From contig CADBSI010000022.1 of the NCBI GenBank assembly GCA_902797275.1, forward strand, positions 1 to 48,179: DNA of 48,179 nucleotides, written 5' to 3'. Below are positions 34,588-43,918 of this stretch, one piece after another. Positions within the stretch are counted from its first letter, which is position 1; the number at the start of each line of letters is the position of its first letter. The position numbers and the translations under genes are program-made. The DNA is from an uncultured Erysipelotrichaceae bacterium (GTDB taxonomy: Bacteria; Bacillota_I; Bacilli_A; RF39; UBA660). The notes under the pieces were generated by a model, which worked only from the letters and a program-made list of their open reading frames with translations, was not told the origin of the DNA and did no database searches.

Positions 34588-35256
34588 CTATAAATATTCT
34601 TTTAAACATTCAATTATTTCTTCATTTATATCTTCAATTGATCTTATTTCATCATTTTTAATACAATTAATATTTTTCCAATTATATAATTCAGATAATT
34701 CAACATAAGCAATTTCAGAGTTTTTTAAATGTTCTTCACTCATTTCATGTTCATCTAAAGATGCACGATTTTTCTTTAATTTAGCTGCATAAGTATATGG
34801 AACATGCAAAAAAATTGTTTTATCAGGTTTTGGCAGTGAAAGTAGCCAAAATTCTAATTTATCAATCCATTCATACATATGAAATCTTTCTTCATCATTT
34901 TTAATTTTACTTCCTTGATGAGCCATATTACTACTTACATATCTATCACAAATAATAAAATAATCATCATCTAAATATTTTTTAATACTATTTTCGTTAT
35001 ATTTTCGATCAGCTGCATAATATAAACTTGCAACCTTTGGATCCAAGTTAACTGCACCTTCCTTGAACCAACATTCGCATATTTCTTTTTTTCCAAGATA
35101 TGGTCCTCCTACTATTTTACCAGTTGGAGAATCATAATTTGGAAAAGTCAAACGAATTGCTTTTTTACCTAGTTTTTCTAATTTTTCAACTAATAATTTA
35201 CTTTGTGTTTCTTTACCAGAACAATCAGTTCCTTCAATTACGATAAATTTACCCAT
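34588..35256 (-). CDS. tmk: thymidylate (dTMP) kinase
   Basis: FIVIEGTDCSGKETQ P-loop, LTFPNY...G, DRY motif (CDRYVSSNMAHQ). AGGAGGG SD. Confidence 0.8.
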   Translation of the reverse strand: MGKFIVIEGTDCSGKETQSKLLVEKLEKLGKKAIRLTFPNYDSPTGKIVGGPYLGKKEICECWFKEGAVNLDPKVASLYYAADRKYNENSIKKYLDDDYFIICDRYVSSNMAHQGSKIKNDEERFHMYEWIDKLEFWLLSLPKPDKTIFLHVPYTYAAKLKKNRASLDEHEMSEEHLKNSEIAYVELSELYNWKNINCIKNDEIRSIEDINEEIIECLKEYL

Positions 35257-35743
35257 GAACCCTCCTATATATTACATGTGAATAATTTATATTATTATCA
35301 CTATTTTTTAAAACTATTTCTTTCTTATATAAAGATTTATCAAACTCAGGAAAATAAACTGAAGCAGTAGGACAAGTATCATCAATTTCCGTTAAATACA
35401 AAGTATCAGCATATTTTAAAAATTGTTTATAAATACTCGCTCCACCTATAACAAATACTTCTTCTTGAGTATCCTTATACGCTTCAAGAAATTCTTCAAT
35501 ACCATGAAATATTTCAACTTCATTTCCTAAATCTTCGGTATCATCTGGAAATGTTAAAACAATATTTTTTCTATTTGGTAAAACTTTAGGTAAAGATTTA
35601 AAAGTATTTTTTCCCATTACAACTGTTTTACCTGATGTTGTATTTTTAAAATATTTTAAATCATTTGGTAAATGCCAAATTAAATCATTATTTTTACCAA
35701 GTTCTAAGTTTTTACCAACGGCTGCTATCATTGATATTTTCAT
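35249..35743 (-). CDS. folA: dihydrofolate reductase
   Basis: 164 aa. Motifs: ISMIAAVGKN..LGKNNDLIWHLPNDLKYFK..T.GKTVVMGKNTF.SLP and VIGGASIY. Confidence 0.9.
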   Translation of the reverse strand: MKISMIAAVGKNLELGKNNDLIWHLPNDLKYFKNTTSGKTVVMGKNTFKSLPKVLPNRKNIVLTFPDDTEDLGNEVEIFHGIEEFLEAYKDTQEEVFVIGGASIYKQFLKYADTLYLTEIDDTCPTASVYFPEFDKSLYKKEIVLKNSDNNINYSHVIYRRVHG

Positions 35744-35751
35744 ATTACCTC

Positions 35752-36651
35752 CTACTGTGCTATTTCAAATGTAATTTTTCCATGGTGTTTATAATCAACT
35801 ATTTTAATATCTTTAAGCTCTCTTGAATTATCAAATTTATAAAAATCTTTAATTTCAGGATTTAACCAAAGTTTAGGAGCTTCCAAATCTTCTAGTTCTT
35901 TCCCTCTTCTAATTTGTTCTTTAATTCCATCTACTTGATTAACATAGATATGAGCATCTTTTATCGTCCAGAAAAGTTTACCAGGTTTTAAACCACTAAC
36001 TTGGGCTAACATAGAAAGTAAAACAGCATATTGAGTTATATTAAAAGGAAGTCCAAGGGGAACATCACATGATCTTTGATGAACAATACAGTTTAAATGT
36101 CCATTTGTTATGTCCCATTCACTAGACCAGACACAAGATGGTAAAACAGCTGTATCTAAAAATTCGTTTTGCCATAAACTCATAATCATTCTTCTATCGG
36201 TTTGATTATTCTTTAACTTGTCTAATAAATTATCAATTAAATGATATTTTTTAACAACATAACCATAAGCCGTTCCGATAGTATGAGCATACTTTGGATC
36301 AAATTTTCTAACTACTTCTTTTTTCACCAACTTATTATTTTCTAAAACATTTTGCATTGCATGCCAAGAACCATCTTCTTCTATTTCCCATTCATCCCAA
36401 ATATGATTTTTTCTTTCTTGAAGCCATCTTACATCATTACTTTGTGCTTGATAAATCCACAACATCTCCGTAATAGCATTTTTAAAAAATACTTGTTTGG
36501 TTGTTAAAACTGGAAATTCTTTTTCTAAATCAAATTCAAAAAAGTAAGCTGGTATCTTTATTGAATTGATACCTGTTCTATTTTCAACTTCTACTCCCTC
36601 ATTTAAAATTTTTTCACATAATGTTAAATAATCTTTATCAAATTTTGACAT
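35752..36651 (-). CDS. thyA: thymidylate synthase (B. subtilis ThyA / phage phi3T-like type)
   Basis: Start placed at the ATG at 36651 (GGGAGAAG SD). Motifs: MSKFDKDY, NRTG, HIWDEW, DRRMIMSLW, catalytic Cys in LPSCVW, QRSCDVPLGLPFNI, DAHIY, and the C-terminal APKLWLNPEIKDFY. Confidence 0.9.
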   Translation of the reverse strand: MSKFDKDYLTLCEKILNEGVEVENRTGINSIKIPAYFFEFDLEKEFPVLTTKQVFFKNAITEMLWIYQAQSNDVRWLQERKNHIWDEWEIEEDGSWHAMQNVLENNKLVKKEVVRKFDPKYAHTIGTAYGYVVKKYHLIDNLLDKLKNNQTDRRMIMSLWQNEFLDTAVLPSCVWSSEWDITNGHLNCIVHQRSCDVPLGLPFNITQYAVLLSMLAQVSGLKPGKLFWTIKDAHIYVNQVDGIKEQIRRGKELEDLEAPKLWLNPEIKDFYKFDNSRELKDIKIVDYKHHGKITFEIAQ

Positions 36652-36809
36652 ATTCTTCTCCCAATTCTTTTTTATTATAGCAAAACAAAGGGGAATAAGC
36701 AAGTAATAAAGTAAAAAAGAAAAAAGTGTAATTACAATTAATTATCATTAGTATTAAAACTATTAATTAATATAGAAAAAAGAAAATACAAACTAATGTA
36801 TCTTCTTAA

Positions 36810-37412
36810 CTAATTTTTAAATTCATTTATTGCATCTAATATTTTATAAATACTTGTATGGGGATTAGTTTTTAATAATTCTTCTTTATTACTTATAACA
36901 TTTTGTTCAATCACTTTAGCTCTTGTTTTAGCTTTATCTGTTAAATTATAAATTAAATTATACATATCCATATTTTCTTCATAACCGTTATTTATAATTG
37001 CTAATTCTTTTTTTACTTCTTTACTAGATAAAAAATTCAATTTATTACTGCGATAGTGCATAAGATACCATATTTCAAATGTAGGAGAAGAAGTAATTAT
37101 TTCAATGTTATTTTTATTACACTTTTCTTCTATTTCTTTAATTTCATTAATTCTTGTTTTATTTAAATCAGTATCTAATACTAAAAATATTTTACAATTT
37201 TCTTCTGATTTTATATCTTCATTAACAATATAGTTTAACAAATCATTTAGCATCCCCTTAGGATCAGTACTATTACCAGTTGAAAATTGTATTCTTAAAT
37301 CTCTACTTGAAAAATTTCTAAAATAATAATATTCACTTGATTTCTTTCCACCCTCAGAACAAATAACTATTAGAGGTCTTTTCTTGTTGTGTTTTATTTG
37401 TCCTCTAGCCAT
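36810..37412 (-). CDS. RloB-like (Toprim-related) protein, partner of the upstream ATPase
   Basis: 200 aa. N-terminal motif LIVICSEGGKKSSEYYYFRNF (family pattern CEGxxTE..YF), central LVLDTD, and C-terminal SSPTFEIWYLMHY (family pattern SNPCFE.W.LLH). It overlaps the ATPase gene by 19 nt. Confidence 0.75.
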   Translation of the reverse strand: MARGQIKHNKKRPLIVICSEGGKKSSEYYYFRNFSSRDLRIQFSTGNSTDPKGMLNDLLNYIVNEDIKSEENCKIFLVLDTDLNKTRINEIKEIEEKCNKNNIEIITSSPTFEIWYLMHYRSNKLNFLSSKEVKKELAIINNGYEENMDMYNLIYNLTDKAKTRAKVIEQNVISNKEELLKTNPHTSIYKILDAINEFKN

Positions 37413-38662
37413 AAATCAACATCCTTTATAAATGGAATTGCTCCATATCTACCATTAATATAACCTTTTAAAATATTTTCATCTTTTCTTACAGAAAATG
37501 AATCAAGTGGATATAAATCAGTTACTCCATTACTTGGATTTTTCTCTGTAAACCAAATTTGATCTCTTCTTAATAATTCTAAATCTAATAAATTAGTAGC
37601 ATGTGTTGTAAAAATTAACTGACTATTGTATTTATTAATATTTGGATTATTAAATAACTTAATTATAAACTCAACTAATTTAGGGTGCATACTTTTTTCA
37701 AATTCATCTACTATTATTACTTTTGAACTAGAAAATGCTCTTTTTAAAATTGGAGCAAGTGAAAATAATACTTTTGTTCCTAAAGATTCATCTATAAAAT
37801 TTAATTTATAAAAATGTTTTTTATTAAATTCATCTATTACTTCATGTTCAAGTTCTATATTAATACTTTTAGTTTTAAATACTTTACTATTTTGATTAAT
37901 CTTTGGAATTAATAAATCAACCATGTTTTCATCCATGTTTTTTTCTTCATAATCTACATTTATATCTTTAATTAAAATATCTGCTTCTTTTAATAATTTT
38001 AAAGTAAATTCTTTTAAATCTTTATCATTTTTACTATAACTTATTAAATCATTATCTAAAATATTTGTAAAAGAATCATAAGTATCTATTACATTTAAAA
38101 ACCATAAAAATGGATCTCTTGTTTTATCATAATTCCAAGAAGAAGAAGTTGCTAAGAATAATTTATTTTCAAGATTTTTATTTTTTAATTCTTCTAATTT
38201 AGTTTTATCACTATTAAATTCATAATCATTAGTATTAGTTCTTGTAAAAATATTAGTAGGTTTTTGACTATAATAAGCATCTAATATTTCATCATATATT
38301 TTATTTTCATCAGCACTAAAATAATAACGGTATTTTATATTATTAGTTATAAAAATAAATTCAAACTCACTTGGTTTATTTCTACTAATATCATCAAGTA
38401 AAAATGGTTTAACTAAATCTAATTTACCACCAGGCATCATTAAATTAGAAGTTCTAACTAATATAATAGCACAAGTAAAAGCTTTTATTACATTTGATTT
38501 ACCTGATGCATTAGCTCCATATATAACTGAGGTTCTAAGTAAATCAGTTATATCATTTTTTATAATATTATTAATATTTTCTTCCCCATTACCTTTTTCC
38601 ATTGATAAAGTTATTTTATCTTTAAAAGATAAAAAGTTTTTAACACTAAACTCTATAAGCAT
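37394..38662 (-). CDS. ABC-type/AAA_21-like ATPase (AbiLi/RloA-like)
   Basis: 422 aa. It begins MLIEFSVKNFLSFKD and has Walker A GANASGKSN, Walker B VIIVDEFEKSMHP and QLIFTTHA. AAGGGTGAT SD. Confidence 0.75.
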   Translation of the reverse strand: MLIEFSVKNFLSFKDKITLSMEKGNGEENINNIIKNDITDLLRTSVIYGANASGKSNVIKAFTCAIILVRTSNLMMPGGKLDLVKPFLLDDISRNKPSEFEFIFITNNIKYRYYFSADENKIYDEILDAYYSQKPTNIFTRTNTNDYEFNSDKTKLEELKNKNLENKLFLATSSSWNYDKTRDPFLWFLNVIDTYDSFTNILDNDLISYSKNDKDLKEFTLKLLKEADILIKDINVDYEEKNMDENMVDLLIPKINQNSKVFKTKSINIELEHEVIDEFNKKHFYKLNFIDESLGTKVLFSLAPILKRAFSSSKVIIVDEFEKSMHPKLVEFIIKLFNNPNINKYNSQLIFTTHATNLLDLELLRRDQIWFTEKNPSNGVTDLYPLDSFSVRKDENILKGYINGRYGAIPFIKDVDLWLEDK

Positions 38663-38895
38663 AATATCACCCTTTCATTTAGTATTATACAACAAAAAGT
38701 TAGAAAAATGCAATTATTTTTCAACTTTTTGCATTTTTTTCACAAATATTTAAATAATAAACTATATTTTACTTATCATTTATTATTTTTTCTATTCTAC
38801 CACTACTATAATAATCTTGAAACATTAAAATTTTTTTCATATTAATACTATATCATATTTTTTTAATAATAAAAATAAAATTTAATGGAGGGTTT

Positions 38896-39249
38896 ATGAT
38901 TAAAAATTATTTAAAAGGACTATTATTCTTTTTTATACCGTTACTTATTTTATTATTAATTATTAATACTTTTTATTATTTTGATATATTAAGTAATAAT
39001 ATTATGAAATATTTAAAAATAGTTATTATTTTATTTAGTTCATTTTTAAGTGGTTTTTATATAGGCTTTAAAAGTAATAATAAAGGTTATATAAATGGAC
39101 TTAAGTTTAGTTTAATAATTATTGGTATTTTTTTACTTAGTAGTTTATTAATTAAAGAATTTAAATTTACAAGTATTATTTATTATTTGATTATTATAAT
39201 TGTTATTACTTTAGGTAGTATGCTAGGAATTAATATAAAAAATAAATAA
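38896..39249 (+). CDS. small four-helix membrane protein
   Basis: 117 aa, hydrophobic, with a GGAGGG SD. It lies directly upstream of the two-component genes. Confidence 0.5.
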   Translation: MIKNYLKGLLFFFIPLLILLLIINTFYYFDILSNNIMKYLKIVIILFSSFLSGFYIGFKSNNKGYINGLKFSLIIIGIFLLSSLLIKEFKFTSIIYYLIIIIVITLGSMLGINIKNK

Positions 39250-39299
39250 TTTCATTTAAATTTCACAAAAGTAAGTTATAATAATACTTGGTGATTTTT

Positions 39300-39968
39300 A
39301 TGAATATATTAATTGTTGATGATGAAAAGTTATTAAGAGATGTTGTAAAAGAATATTGTTTAAAAGAAAATTATAAAGTATTTGAAGCTGAAAACGGTCT
39401 TGATGCTTTAGAAATAGTTGAAAATAATAGTATTGATTTAATTGTTCTTGATATTATGATGCCTAAAATGGATGGTTATACTTTCTTTAAAGAATTAAAA
39501 AATAAAGAAAATATTCCAACAATTATTTTAAGTGCTAGAAATGATGAGTATGATAAGTTATTAGGTTTTGATCTTGGAATAGATGATTATTTAACTAAAC
39601 CATTCTCCCCAAGAGAGTTGATGGCTCGAATTAAAGCTATTTTAAAAAGAACAAAACTAAGTAATTTAGATAGTACATTTACTTATAAAGGTCTTAAAAT
39701 AGATTTTACAGGACGAGTATTATATATAGATGATAAAGAAGTATATTTAACTCCTAAAGAATTTGATTTATTAACCTACTTTGTTAAAAATCCTAATAAA
39801 GCTATTACAAGAGATGAATTATTAAATAAAGTTTGGGGTTATGATTACTTTGGTGATGATAGAACTATTGATAGTCATATTAAAATACTTCGTAATAACT
39901 TATCAGAATATAGAGATTTAATTATTACAATTAGAGGAATAGGATATAAGTTTGTATATGAAAAATAA
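39300..39968 (+). CDS. OmpR-family response regulator
   Basis: Start placed at the ATG at 39300. Receiver motifs ILIVDDE, DLIVLDIMMPKMDG and KPF; winged-helix segment LTPKEFDLL...RGIGYKF. Confidence 0.9.
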   Translation: MNILIVDDEKLLRDVVKEYCLKENYKVFEAENGLDALEIVENNSIDLIVLDIMMPKMDGYTFFKELKNKENIPTIILSARNDEYDKLLGFDLGIDDYLTKPFSPRELMARIKAILKRTKLSNLDSTFTYKGLKIDFTGRVLYIDDKEVYLTPKEFDLLTYFVKNPNKAITRDELLNKVWGYDYFGDDRTIDSHIKILRNNLSEYRDLIITIRGIGYKFVYEK

Positions 39969-41340
39969 GAGTTTGATTTTAAAAATATTTATTTATTTAA
40001 GTATATTTACTTGTATTATTTTATTCTTAATTTGGTTATTTCAAATAATTTTATTAAATAGGTATTATGAATATTATAAAACTAATGAAATAACTGATAC
40101 TATTAATTTAATAAAAAAACAAAGTAATAGTGATACTTTATATGAAACTTTAGAGAAAGTCTCTTATAATACTGATTTTTGTATTGAAATTGTAAAGAAT
40201 AAAGAAACAACTTATTCTAGTATTCAAGATAATAAAGGTTGTATAAATACTAATAGTAGTACTAAAGTAGTTAAAAATAAATTAGATTTTATTAATAGTG
40301 GTAAAGATTATTTTAAATTAAAAATAATAAATCCTAAGTTTAATAATTTAACTCTTTTATATGGTGTTAAGTTAGATAATAGTAATTATGTTTTTTTAAA
40401 TACTTCTCTAGAACCTCTTAATTCTACTTTAAATATTTTAAGAGAACAATTATTAATTGTTAGTGTTATTGTTATTATTTTATCTATTATAATTGCTTAT
40501 TTTATTTCTAAATCTTTATCTAAACCCATTAGTGAATTAACAACTTCTGCTAAGAAATTATCAGATGGTAATTATAATACTAATTTTAAAGTAAATACTG
40601 ATATTTATGAAATAAATGAACTTGCAACTACTCTTGATTATGCTAAAAATGTTTTAAAGAAAACTGATGAACTTAGAAGAGATTTATTAAGTAATGTTTC
40701 CCATGATTTGAAAACTCCTTTAACTATGATTAAAGCATATGCTGAGATGGAAAAAGATTTTCCTGATGGGGAAAAACATGATAGTAATATGGATATTATA
40801 ATTGAAGAAGTTGATAGATTAACTATTCTTGTAAATGATATTTTAAATTTATCTAAGCTTGAAAGTAATATTGAAAAGTTAAATCTTGAAACATTTGATA
40901 TAACTAAGTTAATAAATACTATTTTAAATCGTTTTAAAATATTTGAGCTTACCAAGAACTATGAATTTATTTTTAATACCAATGAAGAAATTTTAATAAA
41001 TGCTGATAAACAAAAGATGGAACAAGTTATTTATAATTTAGTTGGAAATGCTATTAATTATACAGGAAGTGATAACAAAGTATATATTAATTTGATTAAA
41101 GAAAAGAAAAAAATTAGAATTGAAATAAAAGATACTGGTAAAGGTATTAAAAAAGAAGAAACAGATAAAGTCTGGGATAAATATTATAAAACTGAAAAGA
41201 ATTATAAAAGAAATACAGTTGGAACAGGAATTGGGTTATCAATTGTTAAAAATATTTTTATTTTACATGGTTTTAAATATGGAATTATTTCTGAAGAAAA
41301 AAAAGGATCAACTTTTTGGTTTGAAATACCAAATAAGTGA
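39952..41340 (+). CDS. sensor histidine kinase (two TM helices, HAMP, HisKA, HATPase_c)
   Basis: H-box SNVSHDLKTPLT, N-box NLVGNAINYT, G-boxes DTGKGI and GTGIGLSIV. It overlaps the regulator gene by 17 nt. Confidence 0.9.
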   Translation: MYMKNKSLILKIFIYLSIFTCIILFLIWLFQIILLNRYYEYYKTNEITDTINLIKKQSNSDTLYETLEKVSYNTDFCIEIVKNKETTYSSIQDNKGCINTNSSTKVVKNKLDFINSGKDYFKLKIINPKFNNLTLLYGVKLDNSNYVFLNTSLEPLNSTLNILREQLLIVSVIVIILSIIIAYFISKSLSKPISELTTSAKKLSDGNYNTNFKVNTDIYEINELATTLDYAKNVLKKTDELRRDLLSNVSHDLKTPLTMIKAYAEMEKDFPDGEKHDSNMDIIIEEVDRLTILVNDILNLSKLESNIEKLNLETFDITKLINTILNRFKIFELTKNYEFIFNTNEEILINADKQKMEQVIYNLVGNAINYTGSDNKVYINLIKEKKKIRIEIKDTGKGIKKEETDKVWDKYYKTEKNYKRNTVGTGIGLSIVKNIFILHGFKYGIISEEKKGSTFWFEIPNK

Positions 41341-41347
41341 TTCTTTT

Positions 41348-41704
41348 TTAATAGTCTTGGCATGTTGATGGAACACTAATACCATCATCTTGGAAAACAA
41401 CACTTTCTACATTTTTACATACTAAATAAGCTTTCATGGTACTAATTTCAACATAGCCATTACAAGTAATTTTATTATTTATCTTTGGTAGTCCTAATTC
41501 ATTTAAACAAACATAAGTTTTATTTTTGTAATTAGGAATTGTTTTAGTATACTCTACCATCATATCTTTATAAGTATTATATTGCTTATTCTGATTAGAA
41601 TTATAAATACTTCTAACACTTGGAAATATCAATAACATTATTAAAGATAATAAAACAATAACTGCAAGTAATTCAACTAAAGTAAAACCTTTATTTTTTT
41701 TCAT
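41348..41704 (-). CDS. type IV pilin-like / pseudopilin with prepilin N-terminal cleavage-methylation motif
   Basis: 118 aa beginning MKKNKGFTLVELLAVIVLLSLI (G|FTLVE class III signal). GGTGG SD. It has its own upstream terminator and an extended -10 (TGGTATACT). Confidence 0.75.
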   Translation of the reverse strand: MKKNKGFTLVELLAVIVLLSLIMLLIFPSVRSIYNSNQNKQYNTYKDMMVEYTKTIPNYKNKTYVCLNELGLPKINNKITCNGYVEISTMKAYLVCKNVESVVFQDDGISVPSTCQDY

Positions 41705-41744
41705 ATGACCACCTTTATTTTACTTTTCTAGTATACCAAAAAAA

Positions 41745-41782
41745 GTTAAAAAAAAATAGATATTTTAATAAATTATCTATTT
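41745..41782 (-). terminator. intrinsic terminator after queH
   Basis: 9-bp stem AAATAGATA/TATCTATTT with an 11-nt loop, followed on the minus strand by a 9-T run. Confidence 0.6.
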
Positions 41783-42379
41783 TTAATTTTCTCTTTTAGA
41801 AAATTTACACCCACAATAATCTTGTCTATATAAATTATATTCATGAGATAAAACTATACTTCTTTTATAACCTTCTTTTTTCTTAAAATCAGAATATAAA
41901 TAATTAACATGATAAATGTTTTCTAACTCAGCTCCTATTTCATTTATTATTTTACTATTTTTAAAAGGACTAATAGTAAGAGTTGTTGTTATAAAATCAA
42001 AGTTATGTTTTTTAGCATAGATAAAAGATTTTTCAAGTCTTAATCTATAACATTTAAAGCAACGACTTCCTCCTTCTTTTTCTTGTTCAAGTCCTTCTAT
42101 TATATCTAAATAGTCTTGATTATTATAACCAAGGGAAACTACTTTAACTGGATTTTTAGTTTTAAAACATTTAACAAATTTTAACAATTCTTGAAGTCTT
42201 TTATTATATTCTTCAAGAGTATCAATATTTGGATTATAAAAAAGAATTGTTATATCAAAGTAGTTGCTTAAATACTCAATAACATAACTAGAACAAGGAG
42301 CACAACAGGCATGTAAAAGTAATGTTTTTTTACCATTTAAATTTTTTAAAGTATTTTCTAAAACAATTTGATAATTCAT
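41783..42379 (-). CDS. queH: epoxyqueuosine reductase QueH (DUF208 family)
   Basis: 198 aa. Motifs: LLLHACCAPCSSYV, a CFKCY cluster, and the C-terminal YCGC. Confidence 0.8.
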   Translation of the reverse strand: MNYQIVLENTLKNLNGKKTLLLHACCAPCSSYVIEYLSNYFDITILFYNPNIDTLEEYNKRLQELLKFVKCFKTKNPVKVVSLGYNNQDYLDIIEGLEQEKEGGSRCFKCYRLRLEKSFIYAKKHNFDFITTTLTISPFKNSKIINEIGAELENIYHVNYLYSDFKKKEGYKRSIVLSHEYNLYRQDYCGCKFSKREN

Positions 42380-43098
42380 TAGATATCTAGATTATGATAA
42401 ACACTTGAAACATCATCAATATCTTCTAAAGCTTCAATTAAACTCATTACTTTTTCTGTGTCTTCTTCATCTAAAGCAATTTTATTGGAAGCAACATAAC
42501 TTACTTCACTTCTTAAAAAGTCTTTTATACCACTTTCTTCAAAAGAAGCTTTAACATTCAAGAAATTTTCAGGTTCTGTATAAATTACATAGGTATCACC
42601 ACAATCAACTACATCTAAACTATCAGCTCTAATTGCAATATCCATAATTTCATCAAAGTTATCATTGGCTTCTATTTCAATTACGCCAAGTCTTTTAAAC
42701 ATATAACTAACTGAACCATCAGTTCCTAGATTTCCTCCTCTTTTAGTAAGAGTTGATCTAACAAGCATAGCAGTTCTATTTTTATTATCAGTTAAGCAAT
42801 CAATCATAATTGCTATTCCGTGAGGAGCGTATCCTTCATACCTAATACTTTCAAAATTAACATCACTGTTAGCCCCTACTGCTTTATCAATAGCTTTTTG
42901 AATATTATCTTTTGGCATATTGTTACTTCTTGCCTTTTCAATAACCATTCTAAGACCGGGATTTGTATCTGGATCGCCATTAGTACCCTTAGCAGCTACT
43001 TGAATTTCTTTAGATATTTTTTGAAATATTTTTCCTCTTTCGGCATCTATTAAACCTTTTTTACGGTGTATTGTTGCCCATTTAGAATGTCCACTCAT
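42379..43098 (-). CDS. yebC: YebC/PmpR-family DNA-binding regulator
   Basis: Start placed at the ATG at 43098 (AAGGAG SD). Begins MSGHSKWATIHRKKG. The stop overlaps the queH start (TAATG). Confidence 0.85.
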   Translation of the reverse strand: MSGHSKWATIHRKKGLIDAERGKIFQKISKEIQVAAKGTNGDPDTNPGLRMVIEKARSNNMPKDNIQKAIDKAVGANSDVNFESIRYEGYAPHGIAIMIDCLTDNKNRTAMLVRSTLTKRGGNLGTDGSVSYMFKRLGVIEIEANDNFDEIMDIAIRADSLDVVDCGDTYVIYTEPENFLNVKASFEESGIKDFLRSEVSYVASNKIALDEEDTEKVMSLIEALEDIDDVSSVYHNLDI

Positions 43099-43222
43099 AA
43101 ATTCTCCTTTCAAACTACTCTATTTTATCAAATTTTTTCTAAATAGTCTATAATAAAAACAAATAAATATTACTTTAAGTTTTCATACTAAAAAAATTAG
43201 CTTACCTGCTAAACTAATTTTT

Positions 43223-43918
43223 TTAACCAAAATAATTTAAAATAACTGGTCCAAGTATTAAAAGTAGAAGCAAAGGTATAAAAAATATAACTGATATAAT
43301 ACTTATTTTAAGAGGTAATTTACTAATTCTAGCTCGATTTTCTAGAACTATTTTTTCTCTTATATAATCTATTTGATTATATAAAGTATCTATTATATTA
43401 TTACCAAATAAATTAGATTCTCTTATATTTAAAATTATATTATTAATCGTATCACTTGGAATTCTTTCTTTTAAAAGAGTTAAAGCTTCATCTAAACTTT
43501 TTCCCATTTCAACTTCTCTTATTACTTCCCTAAATTCTAAAGCTAATTCATTATCAATACTATTACTTGTAGTTTTAATAGCTTTTATTAAGTTATTTCC
43601 AGATTCAATTGACAAAGCCAATATTTCAAAGAAATACATAGCTTGATAATCTAATCTTCTTCCTCTTTTTTTAATCTTAGTATTAAAATAAAGATTAGGT
43701 AAAAAAACATAATATAAATAAGTTAAAATAGGTGCTAAAATATAACCAAAATTATTTAAGAATAAAATCATAATAAATAAGAAAATACTAGTAATTATTC
43801 TTAAAGTCATAAAAGTATAAGCATTATGCTTAGCATTAATTCCTAATAATTTAATTTTTTTATTTAAACTATTAATAGTTTTCTCACGATAAATTAAATT
43901 TAACATATTATTATTCAT
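43223..43918 (-). CDS. tadC: T2SSF-domain inner-membrane platform protein (TadC-like)
   Basis: About 231 aa with TM-flanked T2SSF-like repeats. It is the last gene of the Tad block and is followed by a stem-loop terminator at about 43192-43226. Confidence 0.65.
   Translation of the reverse strand: MNNNMLNLIYREKTINSLNKKIKLLGINAKHNAYTFMTLRIITSIFLFIMILFLNNFGYILAPILTYLYYVFLPNLYFNTKIKKRGRRLDYQAMYFFEILALSIESGNNLIKAIKTTSNSIDNELALEFREVIREVEMGKSLDEALTLLKERIPSDTINNIILNIRESNLFGNNIIDTLYNQIDYIREKIVLENRARISKLPLKISIISVIFFIPLLLLLILGPVILNYFG

Noticed and set aside
38700-38750. The inverted repeat GAAAAATGC...GCATTTTTC upstream of the ATPase gene, as a possible terminator or operator.
   Set aside because: The loop is about 19 nt. 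No upstream plus-strand gene exists for it to terminate, and on the minus strand it lies upstream of the promoter region. There is too little evidence to call a feature.
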